NCBI GenBank assembly: GCA_963726255.1
Contig: CAVSBL010000002.1
Span: forward strand, 736,001-800,000
Reading direction: 5' to 3'
DNA: 64,000 nt
Origin: Candidatus Bathyarchaeota archaeon
GTDB lineage: Archaea; Thermoproteota; Bathyarchaeia; 40CM-2-53-6
Position 1 is the stretch's first letter. Every line of letters starts with the position of its first letter. The position numbers were made by a program, and so were the translations under genes. The notes under the pieces are model-generated. The model ran no database searches. It was not told the DNA's origin and saw nothing but the letters and a program-made list of their open reading frames with translations. Positions 38,845 to 49,377 of the stretch are shown piece by piece.

Positions 38845-39139
38845 CGCTTGCGCATTGCTAGACCGTACCGACGCTTCAGGCGCAATTTGTCAGTCACCTT
38901 CCCCACGGTTTCATGCCGGTGACACTGGGCAGCTTAGATCGACGATAAACTGCCAAGAGCGGCAAAAGCGCTGAGCGCGACAGTTACACGGAAAAGACCA
39001 TTGGTCGGTGAGATTGAGGCACAGTCATGTTGCGATTCTTTGGCAGAGAACGAACACTACTCAGTGATGAAACTAGCTCGACCGAGAGCGAGTCAGACAG
39101 GAAATTGCAGGCATCAGACGAGGCAAGCGGTGGCTAACT

Positions 39140-40532
39140 TTGAGGTTACCCAGCAGGCGAAGTAAACGCTACCACCCTAGAATATGGGCGTGGGAAAGAA
39201 GAAAAACTCGCCTCGAAATGTGGCTGCGAAAATATCCACCGCTCCATATGATAGCCCATTTGATATGGACCTTTGGCACGGGGACAGTATCTTACTCGCG
39301 AACGCGCCTAAGGATCCTACGCAACAAGAGCCTAAGAGCACTCGATCTCGACAAAACGGTCTGGCTTTCTCCTGGCAGGATAGTCTATTGCTCCTTACGT
39401 GAATTCGACACCCGCGACTTCAGAGGAGCAGTCATCGGAGGAGACTGGGACCGTCTTAAGAAGAGATTTGAAGATTTGGATGTTTATGTCGCACTCAAAC
39501 AGGTCATGACAGAGGGACGAAAGTGGCAAGACACAGTCTATTATCAACGCATTATAAGAGCTCTGAAGGATGGCAGGTTCCTGTGGGGTTGCAGAAGCGA
39601 GAGCGACCTTCAGAATCAATGTATGAAACTCGAAGACTTATTCCAGACAATAAGAAAGAAAGGGTACAAATCCCAGCAGGAGCTGTTACGAACAAATCGA
39701 CTCAGAACCCACCTCGAAACTGATGACGAGGTGACGATAAGCATCGGTCGAAATGGTGATCTGCTGTTTAGCAATAGCGCACACAGACTCTCGATTGCGA
39801 AACTTCTTCGCATCCAGCAGATACCTGTCAAGATAGTTGTTAGACACAAGAAATGGATGTTGTTTAGAGAGGAGTTGCTTCAATTCGCAAGAGACCAAAG
39901 GAGCGGGACTCTCTATCAGCCTCTAACCCACTCTGACCTGATCGATATCCCAGCCTCGCGTTATTCCGAAGATAGGTTCATCATGATCAGGGACAGTATG
40001 CAGGCCAAGAAAGGCTGCCTACTCGACCTAGGAGCGAACTTGGGTTACTTCTGTCATAAATTCGAGGACGAGGGCTTTGATTGTTACGCTGTAGAGAACT
40101 CGCTGAGAGAACTCTATTTCTTGCGAAAGCTGCGGAGGGCGGAGAACAAGAGATTCAAAATCGTAGACAAATCAATATATGATTGGTCGGAAGCCGGCAA
40201 GACATACTTTGACGTGGTTTTAGCACTAAGCATCTTTCACCATGCCCTCAAAACCAAGGAGTCTTATCATCAACTCATTAGCTTGCTCCAAAATCTTCGC
40301 GTCGGAGAAATGTTCTTTGAGCCCCCGCGAGAATGAGTCTCAAATGGAAAACGCATTTAGGAATTTCCCGCCATCTGAATTTGTAAAGTTCATTATGCGA
40401 TTGTCGGGACTTGACAGAACTCAACTGATCGGGCGAACGTCAGACGGCAGAGACCTTTACAGATTGTCCAGGAGGTCAAAACAAGCGATCCCGAGGCAGG
40501 ACGCCACACCAAAGACGTACCGTTCGTCGTAA
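39140..40532 (+). pseudogene. ParB/Srx-like plus class I methyltransferase fusion, frameshifted near the C-terminus
   Basis: SIGRNGDLLFSNSAHRLSIAKLL; LLDLGANLGYF; ORF stops at FFEPPRE* while the +1 frame continues RENESQMENAFRNF...GRDLYRL; break at C5 40322-40326. Confidence 0.75.
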
Positions 40533-40700
40533 GACTCTGTTAGCGTCCGGTATTGTGCGATCAAAGGCCTCGGCTCACCAGAACAGAATAGCATTTGCTT
40601 AACAGCTCTCCCTTTTCAAGAAGTATCGTATGAGTCACGGGACGTCGCGTTGAGAAAACTGCGAATATGTCTGCTCTTTCGCGAAGGAACAATTGATTTG

Positions 40701-42212
40701 TTACCTCGTAAGGAAGGCTCCGAGTCGGTCAACGACTCCGGCTAGATTTTCGCTAGCGAAAGCTTTGAAGAGCCTTATGTCTGCACTATTGACTGCATTC
40801 TCAAACCTGAGAACGAGAATGTATACAAACGCTCCTATCAGGACGTATGCTGGCACAAGAAAAACCGACTTCAGCGAGACTTCCATCGCGAAGACGATGA
40901 ATGCCATGATGCCTGCCGCCACTGCAGTTTTCCATATTGTAGCTAAGTCAAACTTCAGGGCAATGCTTCTTCTAACGAACCAAGCAGTGACTACCAAACC
41001 CACGACCATTCCTGATCCGCGTGCGATAGCACTGCCGTTTATTCCTAGGCGCGGTATGAGAACAACTCCGAACATCAAGCTGATGGATACACCTACCAGG
41101 GCGATGAATGCTTGTTGAGCGGGACGATTCAGAGCTACAAGGATTGCACCCAACGAGTAGGAAGACAATGTGGCAAAAAGCAGGATGCTAAGGATCGCCA
41201 AAGCGACCGCTCCCGTCTGGTAAGTTGCCCCGCCCAAAATTCGTAGGATTGTGGGCGCTAACGCGGCTAAACCAAGAGCTAGCGGACTAACGATCAACGC
41301 AATATAACGAGAGGCTGACCAAACTGCGTCTTCCAGCTTCTTGCTGCTCCTCGTAGACAACTTTGAGTAATGGGGGAAGAGAGAGGCCGCGATCGCGCCC
41401 GGGATTGAGGCAAGAATTCCAAAACCGACAAAAGCCACGTTATAAATGCCCAGCGCATAAAGCGGGACGAAAAGGAGGAGTAGTGCTCGATCTACCCACG
41501 TGTACGCAAATCCTACGAAATCACGTGCATAAAGAGGACCTGAAAAACGAAGCAACCTTGTAAGACTGACGTTGGATTTCGTACCTCTTGAGGCTCTGTA
41601 TGCGATTAGATAACCGCCTAAAGCAAACAGAGTGTACCCGGTAGCCCAGCCAGTCATTACGCCTACAAGTCCCCAACCCAACACTACGAGGCCAGTCGCC
41701 AAGATCTGTTGCAAGAAAAAACGTGCAGCGTCCAGCGTCGCCAGTTCTTTGACCTTGCCTCCCCCCATCAGAATGCCGGTAAGGGAATCATAGACACCAG
41801 CCGAAATTACAGCAATTCCCAACACTGCAAACGCTGATGCATACATCATTGTTCCCGAGAAGGATTGAGACAGTTTCGCGCTTAGGAACACCGTGACTGC
41901 GCCGGCTACAAATGAGCAGAGGACTACTAGACGCAACGCCGTCCGGATTAGATAGGCTCCCGTGGAGCGGTCAGATTGGGCGACAAACTTGTTCAACGCA
42001 GAGGGCAAACCTAAGTCAACTACCGTTTGAGAAAGATCAAGGACGAGGAGAAGAATTGCCATGACCCCTACTTCGGTTGGCGTAAGCAGTCTCACAATAA
42101 TCGCGAAGCTGAGAAAGCTGACAATAGTGGTTGCCACGTCATTCATAATGAGATATGAAGCTCCGCGAGCTATTCTTACAGCAGGCAGTTCTTCTAAACT
42201 CGGGCGGTTCAA
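40701..42212 (-). CDS. Oligosaccharide flippase (Wzx/MOP family), second
   Basis: IARGA, RLLTPTEVG, DLGLPSAL.KF, VDR, LGIYNVA, LFPHYS, PRLGINGSA. Confidence 0.88.
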   Translation of the reverse strand: MNRPSLEELPAVRIARGASYLIMNDVATTIVSFLSFAIIVRLLTPTEVGVMAILLLVLDLSQTVVDLGLPSALNKFVAQSDRSTGAYLIRTALRLVVLCSFVAGAVTVFLSAKLSQSFSGTMMYASAFAVLGIAVISAGVYDSLTGILMGGGKVKELATLDAARFFLQQILATGLVVLGWGLVGVMTGWATGYTLFALGGYLIAYRASRGTKSNVSLTRLLRFSGPLYARDFVGFAYTWVDRALLLLFVPLYALGIYNVAFVGFGILASIPGAIAASLFPHYSKLSTRSSKKLEDAVWSASRYIALIVSPLALGLAALAPTILRILGGATYQTGAVALAILSILLFATLSSYSLGAILVALNRPAQQAFIALVGVSISLMFGVVLIPRLGINGSAIARGSGMVVGLVVTAWFVRRSIALKFDLATIWKTAVAAGIMAFIVFAMEVSLKSVFLVPAYVLIGAFVYILVLRFENAVNSADIRLFKAFASENLAGVVDRLGAFLTR

Positions 42213-42369
42213 TTTGAGTTCACGTACAGATCCGATGTGTCGTCACGGCTTCCCGGAACGTCTCGTTGAGCTCACTGCGCACTTGGGAGACATCTAGACA
42301 CTAGCTTATCTCCCGCTGAGTATAAATCGGTCGCGGCCTCGGACAGTTCGAGCGAGCGTTTGGATATAA

Positions 42370-43524
42370 TTGAGAATACTCATCGTTTGGTTCATGTTTC
42401 TCGACACGAGCGTGCATTCATCCAGCGAGGTTAGGGTCTTCGAAGCAATGGCGAGAAAGGGAAATGAGATCTTGTGCGTCCTTCCTGTCGTAAAGGAGAT
42501 GCATATACGTCCCCGGCAGAACTTTACGATGAAACAGATTGCCGTGCGCAAGTTGCTGCCAATTGTCTCCTATCTATATTTCTGCATCAAGGCCTTGCCT
42601 GATTTGCTTGCAAGCTGCAGGTTCGATTCCGTCATCCTGAGTGCGGAAATGCTGCCGTGGATTGTCCCCGTTATCGTCGGACGACGCATCATTGGAGTTA
42701 GAAATGGTTTGACTTACGCAGTTCGCGAACCCGGTCCTCCGGTGGAAATTAGCACAACTCATGCCTACTATCAACTGTTCTACAGGATGCTGATGCTCCG
42801 CTTGTGTCATTTCTGCGATGTAGTGTTCGGAGTCTCTCCTATGCACGCGGCCGAACTCGCGTCAAAGAGTGGTGTTCTCAGTGTTCACCTTTGGCCGCCA
42901 TCCGTCGACGAAAGGAATTTTGACCCCCGACGCCATGCGCAAAGCCGCGGATTGATTCGTGACAAATTGCTAGTCTCGGACAAGTTCGTTTTGATCTACC
43001 ACGGAGTGGTGTCGAACGAAAGGGGGCTCTATGAGCTTTTGCAGGCAATTGGCTTGATCCGTAAACAAGCGCCGGAGGTTGTGTTGTTAATCTTGGGTAC
43101 AGGATACTCCGCAGAAAGATTGCGATCAGTTGCCATAGCTAATGGTCTAGTTGGCAACGTGATTTTCCACGGAAGGGTTCCTTACGAAGAAGTGCCACCG
43201 TTCTTGGCTGCAGCCGACGCGGGAGTCATCCCACTTCCCGTTCAGCCTCAGTGGTCAACCCAGACTCCGATAAAGCTGCTTGAGTACATGGCAATGGAGA
43301 AACCCGTCATACTTACCGAAACTGAGTCACATAGATGGATAATCGGGAAGGAAGGCCACGCCTTCTTCTGCGGAAAAGGCACACCACAAGAACTCGCTAA
43401 CGCCATATTGGAATGCCGCGCCCGTCATGTGGCCCAAATGCGCGATAATGTTGTCTCCAGATTCTCGTCTAAGGCTATCGCCCGTGAAGTCTTGAAGCTT
43501 TTGAGTCACGAACGCGGCAGATGA
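42370..43524 (+). CDS. Glycosyltransferase family 4
   Basis: YHGVVSNERG, GRVPYEEV, PIKLLEYMAMEKPVI. Confidence 0.9.
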   Translation: MRILIVWFMFLDTSVHSSSEVRVFEAMARKGNEILCVLPVVKEMHIRPRQNFTMKQIAVRKLLPIVSYLYFCIKALPDLLASCRFDSVILSAEMLPWIVPVIVGRRIIGVRNGLTYAVREPGPPVEISTTHAYYQLFYRMLMLRLCHFCDVVFGVSPMHAAELASKSGVLSVHLWPPSVDERNFDPRRHAQSRGLIRDKLLVSDKFVLIYHGVVSNERGLYELLQAIGLIRKQAPEVVLLILGTGYSAERLRSVAIANGLVGNVIFHGRVPYEEVPPFLAAADAGVIPLPVQPQWSTQTPIKLLEYMAMEKPVILTETESHRWIIGKEGHAFFCGKGTPQELANAILECRARHVAQMRDNVVSRFSSKAIAREVLKLLSHERGR

Positions 43525-43557
43525 TCCTCGACTAGACCAAGCCCGAGAGAGTTTCAC

Positions 43558-44727
43558 GTGGACTTCCTTTTGATTTCAGAGAGGGCAACCGATGACCCGA
43601 TCGAATTCTTGATGACCGACCAAATTAGACGCTACACGAAAGCCTTCGAGAACGCACAGCCGTTCTTGATTGTCGGGGGTAAGGTTCATAATGATCGTTG
43701 GCGCGGAACCGGTTTCATCTCTAGAGTTCCATATTTTGCTGTCAGCCGGAAGGGTGTGGCAGAATTCGTTAGTCACTTCATTTATTTTGTATTCCTCGTT
43801 CTTGTCGGAGCACACCTTATCAAGAGAAAACCGAACATACGGTTTGTTACAAACCCGTATGGGCATTATACTCTTGGTACGCTAGCCGTTGTAATAGCGA
43901 GAATCACTGGCAGGAAAGCCGTCGTCCGGGTTGCTAGTTCTGTTAGTGAAATCTCAGCGAGGCCTCAGGTCCAGTTCAAGTTTGCTTATCCGATGTTGGC
44001 GCGTCTAGAACAATTTGCATTTGACCACGCAGATGCAATAGTCAGAATCTCTAAGATGCCACTGGAGCCGAAGTACGATAGAAAGACGTTCTACATTCCG
44101 AATTTGATAATGAAACCGTACGGGTCAATTTCTCGGCGATTTAGAGCGGCTAACTCCGTGCTCTTCGTGGGACGCTTGGAACCGGAAAAAGGACCAGGCG
44201 TTCTAATTGATGCCGCCGGGATACTTCTAGAAAAGCGACGCAAAATCGAGGTCACTATCGTTGGCGAAGGGGGGCTTGAAACCAAGTTACGAACCGATCT
44301 GGAGCGCAAAGGGCTCTCCGGCCACGTAGTTATGGAGGGTTATGTCGCCCGCTCGAGAATTCTAAACATGATGCGTCGTGCGACACTGCTTGTTGTGCCG
44401 TCAATCAGCGAATATGCCCCTAATGTTGTTGTTGAAGCAGCATTCAACGGCCTCCCAGTAGTAGCTACACTATCAGGCGGTGTCGAATACATGATTCAGA
44501 ACCGCCGTACAGGGATCCTTGTGAGTCCAAGAAATCCCCACGCCTTAGCGAATGGTATTGAAGAACTCCTGCGGAACTCCCGCCTCAGGAAGAAAATTGC
44601 TGCTTCGGCCGCCAAACGGGTTAAGAAAGAATTCTCTCCGAAAAGAGCTAGACTGGCAGCTGAGAGAATGCTGAAGCAGTTGTTCAAGGCTGAGCTACGC
44701 ACTGTCCGTCAGGCTTCCGGCAGCTAA
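43558..44727 (+). CDS. Glycosyltransferase family 4
   Basis: FVGRLEPEKG, PSISEYAPNVVVEAAFNGLPVV. Confidence 0.9.
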   Translation: MDFLLISERATDDPIEFLMTDQIRRYTKAFENAQPFLIVGGKVHNDRWRGTGFISRVPYFAVSRKGVAEFVSHFIYFVFLVLVGAHLIKRKPNIRFVTNPYGHYTLGTLAVVIARITGRKAVVRVASSVSEISARPQVQFKFAYPMLARLEQFAFDHADAIVRISKMPLEPKYDRKTFYIPNLIMKPYGSISRRFRAANSVLFVGRLEPEKGPGVLIDAAGILLEKRRKIEVTIVGEGGLETKLRTDLERKGLSGHVVMEGYVARSRILNMMRRATLLVVPSISEYAPNVVVEAAFNGLPVVATLSGGVEYMIQNRRTGILVSPRNPHALANGIEELLRNSRLRKKIAASAAKRVKKEFSPKRARLAAERMLKQLFKAELRTVRQASGS

Positions 44728-44849
44728 TCCCTCGAAAGGTAAGACAGCGTTTTCTCCTAAGTGGATTCTTCTCCAATCCGTCTTACCACGTCATGCCCAA
44801 GGCTGAGTCTAATCGAATCATTTTGCGTGATCTGCAGCCTCGGTGGAGA

Positions 44850-45995
44850 TTAGCTTTGCAGTACCTGCTCGTAGATTTTTGTTATTTGACGTGCGATCGC
44901 TCCCCAGTCTCCGTATCTCTCCGCGAAAGCCCTAGCCCGTCTCCCCATAGTAATCCGAAGCTGATGGTCAATAACCAACTTTGTAATGCAAGAAGAGAGT
45001 TCGACGATGTTCTTCGGCTTCACGAGGAAACCTGTTTCGCCATGATGCAGAATTTCGGAGGTGCCTCCAACATCGGAAGCGATGACGGGGAGACCGCAAG
45101 CCATCGCCTCCAAGGCGGTCAGGGGCATTCCCTCCGTGAGCGATGGCCTCACCAAAATGTCGCAACTTCTCAAGAACGCAGCGACGTTTGGCACCAACCC
45201 GAGAAAGGTGAAGTGATCTTCGAGTCCTAGCTGCCTAACCCTCGCCATTAGCTGGGCCAGTAAGGGGCCTTCGCCGACAACGCAGAATCGTACCGATGGG
45301 CAAGTATGCACTACATACGCTGCTGCCTCGACGAAATATTGCGGCCCCTTGTTCTGGAGCAGTCTCCCAACGAACGCCACTCGCACCGGTCCGCTACTCT
45401 TTCCCTGCCGTGAACCCGGTTGAAACTCTCGAATGTCGACAGCATTAGGAATCACCGTTACATTCGGATGAGGTGTTCCTAAGGACTCCACATAATGCAT
45501 TACCTCTCCGCTGACCGCAATGACACCGTCGCTCTGATTGAGTACCCACCGGCCCAGCGAATTCTCGTACATGTTGACAAAGAGCCGCAATCCACCTTCG
45601 AGATGCGACGTTGAACCACCGTGCACCGTGGTTATGAGAGGCGTCTTCACGATTCTCTTGGCCAGAGCAGCCGCAATCGTTGTGAAAAAGAAGATGCTGT
45701 TTGCATGAACTATATCAGGGCGTTCGCGTTTGCAAGCTTCCAACAAGGTTGGTAGGAGGGAGAAAGACACCGCGCCCTGGAAGCCTAACCTTGTCAATTC
45801 CACTGTGCGTGCCCTGTACACGCTTATGTCATTAACCGTTTCGCGAGCAGCCACGTGCTGAGTATTCAAAGTGACGACCGCAACCTTATGGCCTAGACGA
45901 GCCAACTCCGATGCCAAGTGAGAAACCGCAACTTCCACGCCACCCCCAGTATGGGGCGGAAAGTAATCTGTAGTTAGGAGAACGTTCATCGACAT
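44850..45995 (-). CDS. Glycosyltransferase family 4
   Basis: FPPHTGGG, IPNAVD, FVGRLLQNKG, EGMPLTALEAMACGLPVI. Confidence 0.92.
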   Translation of the reverse strand: MSMNVLLTTDYFPPHTGGGVEVAVSHLASELARLGHKVAVVTLNTQHVAARETVNDISVYRARTVELTRLGFQGAVSFSLLPTLLEACKRERPDIVHANSIFFFTTIAAALAKRIVKTPLITTVHGGSTSHLEGGLRLFVNMYENSLGRWVLNQSDGVIAVSGEVMHYVESLGTPHPNVTVIPNAVDIREFQPGSRQGKSSGPVRVAFVGRLLQNKGPQYFVEAAAYVVHTCPSVRFCVVGEGPLLAQLMARVRQLGLEDHFTFLGLVPNVAAFLRSCDILVRPSLTEGMPLTALEAMACGLPVIASDVGGTSEILHHGETGFLVKPKNIVELSSCITKLVIDHQLRITMGRRARAFAERYGDWGAIARQITKIYEQVLQS

Positions 45996-46060
45996 CCCGT
46001 CAAGTTGCCTGAATGTAGGGCCGACATCACTCGCGCAATTCTGACCATTTCAAATTAGCT

Positions 46061-46984
46061 CTATGCTCTTCTCGAGAATTCCGAGAGCGCAAAGAGAATC
46101 AAGGCGGTGTTAATCGCCACAAACCCGATTAATGCTAGCGTAGCTGCAGTCAAAGCTGTACCGATAGCGAATTTGTGAATTTCGTTATATCGTTCCAGTA
46201 CCCAAAGCGCCCAGTACGAGCCGATGACAAGAGACACCAACCCAGGCAGTCCGATGAGTAGTAACGCGTGTTTTTCTCCGGCGAATCGTGCGATGAACGC
46301 CAAAACCTCAAGTCCATGGGAAACGGGGTGCTTTGATGGCTTGTCTTCGTAGCGTATCGAGATCGGCACTTCTCCGATCCTTAATCCCTGCTCACCAGCC
46401 TTTATCGCGATTTCGGAACTCACACTCATTCCGGACTCATAGATTCTGATAGCGCCTATCGCTTTTCTCGAGTAAGCCCTAAAGCCGGTCTGCGAATCGG
46501 AGACAGGCCGCGTAGCCACTTGATTAGTGGCCTCGTTAAGGATTCTTAATCCTGCAAGTCTGTACCTGGGAATCTCCTGAGCCCAGCCACGGTCGAACCT
46601 TGACCCGATCACAATGTCGTACTCGCCAGACAAAATAGGTCCGACAACTTTGGGGACGTCCTCGGGATTGTGTTGATCATCCGCATCGATGGTGACCAAA
46701 ATGTCTGCATCCAGGTCTTTCGCCGCTAGAAAGCAGGATTTGACGGCTGCTCCGTAGCCTAGGTTTGTCTCGTGCCTAACCACTATCGCGCCGAGCTTCT
46801 CAGCGATATTTGCAGTGTAATCCTTACTGCCATCGTCGACAACTACAATCTTGTCGGCGTGATGCTGTGCTTTGAGAATTACTTTCGCTATGTTTTTTTC
46901 CTCGTTGTAGGCGGGGATTCCTACTACTATCAACTGTGTCGGTGAGTACACGGGTGACAGGCATCTTAAGTATTGTCTCATCAA
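46061..46984 (-). CDS. GT2, dolichol-phosphate sugar synthase (DPM1)-like, with 2 C-terminal TM helices
   Basis: IPAYNEE, VVDDGSKD, NLGYGAA, DADDQH, GSRF, DSQTGFRA. Confidence 0.88.
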   Translation of the reverse strand: MMRQYLRCLSPVYSPTQLIVVGIPAYNEEKNIAKVILKAQHHADKIVVVDDGSKDYTANIAEKLGAIVVRHETNLGYGAAVKSCFLAAKDLDADILVTIDADDQHNPEDVPKVVGPILSGEYDIVIGSRFDRGWAQEIPRYRLAGLRILNEATNQVATRPVSDSQTGFRAYSRKAIGAIRIYESGMSVSSEIAIKAGEQGLRIGEVPISIRYEDKPSKHPVSHGLEVLAFIARFAGEKHALLLIGLPGLVSLVIGSYWALWVLERYNEIHKFAIGTALTAATLALIGFVAINTALILFALSEFSRRA

Positions 46985-47055
46985 TAGAGGAGTCGGGACT
47001 GCAATACCTTAAGCATGTGATTCCTTTCATGTGAGGACCAGTAGGCTCGTGATCC

Positions 47056-48019
47056 ATGAAAGCTCTTGTTACAGGGGGCGCCGGTTTCATCGGCAGCCAC
47101 CTTGTGGAACACCTGCTTTCCGGGGTGGGAAGTAACAGTTCTTGATGATTTCTCTTCCGGAAGAAAAGAGAACCTGGCCGCCGTCTTAAACGACAAGAAT
47201 CTTCGAATAGTGAACGGCAACATCCTCGACGCCGACGCGGTCCGTGATTGCTTGGCTGAAGTCGATACCTGCTTTCACCTCGCCGCGGTAGTGAGCAACA
47301 TCAAATCTCTAGAGAATCCCCGAATGGTGAACGAGGTAAATGTCAGTGGAACGATCAGCATGCTAGAGGGCGCAAGGAAAACAGAGGTTAAGAAATTCGT
47401 CTTTGCGTCGAGTTGCGCAGTCTACGGTGAAGCATCCGCACTACCCGTCAAAGAGGAAAGCCCGCTTGCGCCTAGGACACCGTACGCTGCATCAAAGGCT
47501 GCGGCAGAACAGTATTGCACTGCGTTTTACAGGACGTATGGGTTAGGCGTTACCTGTTTGCGATTTGCCAACGTCTACGGGACCCGGGGGTCAGTGGGAC
47601 CTTACAGCGGAGTAATGGTACAGTTCGCCGAACGCCTCATGAACGACCGTCCTCCTCTGATCTACGGCGATGGTCAACAGACGAGAGACTTTGTCTATTC
47701 GACCGATGTCGCTGAGGCGGCTGTTCTAGCCGCGCAGAATCCAAACTCCACCGGGATGGTACTCAATATCGGAACCGGCGTGGCCACCTCGATCAACGAC
47801 CTTGCGGCCCTCATGGCAAAAATCCTCAAGAAGACGCATCTGGGAGTCCTTAGAGAGGAGCCTAGGCCTGGCGAAATCAAGTTTAGCCAGCTCGAGAACA
47901 CTGCTACTAAACGCATCCTTGGTTTTGAACCTAGAGTTCGGCTTGGCGAAGGAGTTGGAGACTTTCTCAACTGGTATGCGGGACAAACAGAGTCATTGCG
48001 AAAGCGATCCGTGAAATAG
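47056..48019 (+). pseudogene. NAD-dependent NDP-sugar epimerase (GalE/WcaG-like), frameshifted near the 5' end
   Basis: ATG 47056 gives MKALVTGGAGFIGSHLVEHLLS then TGA at 47143; body (GWEVTVLDDFSSG...YAASK...RFANVYG) is in the +1 frame; break at G4 47122-47125. Confidence 0.85.
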
Positions 48020-48091
48020 GAATACGATTTCAGTTCGACGTATCAGTAGTTGGCTTTATTGCTCATCGACGAGTAAATCGGCTGAACTCCG

Positions 48092-49253
48092 ATGCCGGAT
48101 ACCGTCATCATCGCAGGCGCAGACGGATACCTTGGCTGGGCCCTCTCTATGACCCTTGCCTCGCGCGGATACCAAGTTGTAGGCATCGATAATTTCTCCC
48201 GTAGACGTAACGTGGAGGAGATCGGATCGTGGTCGGCCCTACCAATCATCACGATGCCTGAGCGGCTATCCGCGTTCAGTAACTCGCACGGTAAGTCGAT
48301 CGCATTCGTTGCGGGTGACCTAACGAATTATGCCACCGTCCGAGATTTGATAGCGCGCTATAAGCCGACCGCAATCGTTCATTTGGGTGAACAACCCAGC
48401 GCTCCTTATTCGATGATTGATGTAAACCACTGTGTTTACACCCACACGAATAACGTCGTCGGAACGCTGAACATACTTTACGCGATACATGAGACTAGCC
48501 TGGATACGCACCTAGTGAAGCTTGGGACGATGGGTGAGTATGGTACTCCCAACATGGACATACCTGAAGGTTTCTTCGAAATCGAGTACAAGGGCCGCAA
48601 AGACCGTTTGCCATTCCCCCGGATGGCTGGGAGCTGGTACCATTGGACCAAAGTTCACGACAGCGGGAACATAATGTTTGCCTGTAATATTTGGAAATTG
48701 AAATCTACAGACGTAATGCAGGGCGTTGTCTACGGGACCCGAACCGACCTCATCACGTCACCTGAACTTTTCACAAGGTTCGACTTCGACGAAGTCTTCG
48801 GAACTGCAATCAATCGCTTCTGCGCCCAAGCAGTCATCGATTATCCGTTGCTACCGTATGGTAAGGGGCATCAAAAACGGGGATTCATCGCGCTAAGGGA
48901 CTCGATGCAGTGCCTGACGATTGCGGTTGAGAACCCCCCCGGAAAAAAGTGAATACCGAGTCTTCAACCAATTCGATGAAGTGTATTCTGTCGCGGATTT
49001 GGCCGAACGAGTGGAGAGGCATGGGCGTGAACTTGGCCTCAACGTCAAGGTCGACCATATTGACGACCCGAGAATTGAAGCTGAAGAGCACTACTACGAC
49101 CCAGACTCCGCGAACCTCCGCAAACTTGGGTTCAAGCCGACCCACACTCTTGATGATGAGCTGGAGATTATGCTCAAGGACCTGATGACGCACAAGGAAA
49201 GGATACAGGCCAAGCGCGAAAGGATCATGCCAAAACCCTACTGGAAACGGTGA
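48092..49253 (+). pseudogene. sqdB: UDP-sulfoquinovose synthase (SqdB/Agl3), frameshifted
   Basis: GADGYLGW, GEQPSAPYSM, KLGTMGEYGTPN, SWYHWTKVHDS; break at C7 48934-48940; removing one C gives ENPPEKSEYRVFNQF...DPRIEAEEHYY. Confidence 0.9.
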
Positions 49254-49377
49254 ACTGTTACGCAGGTAAGATGTCTTGCCGGAATCGACGACTAGTAGCA
49301 GCCGATTGGAGCAGCTTCATTTAGTCGTAATTCATTTCTGAGAATGGTTTATTGTTAGCGTCTCGATTTCCGTCTAC

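Noticed and set aside
48941-48952. A-AAA-AAG heptamer before the premature sqdB stop, as a programmed -1 frameshift site
   Set aside because: The downstream part of sqdB is in the +1 frame, so a -1 shift would not restore it.
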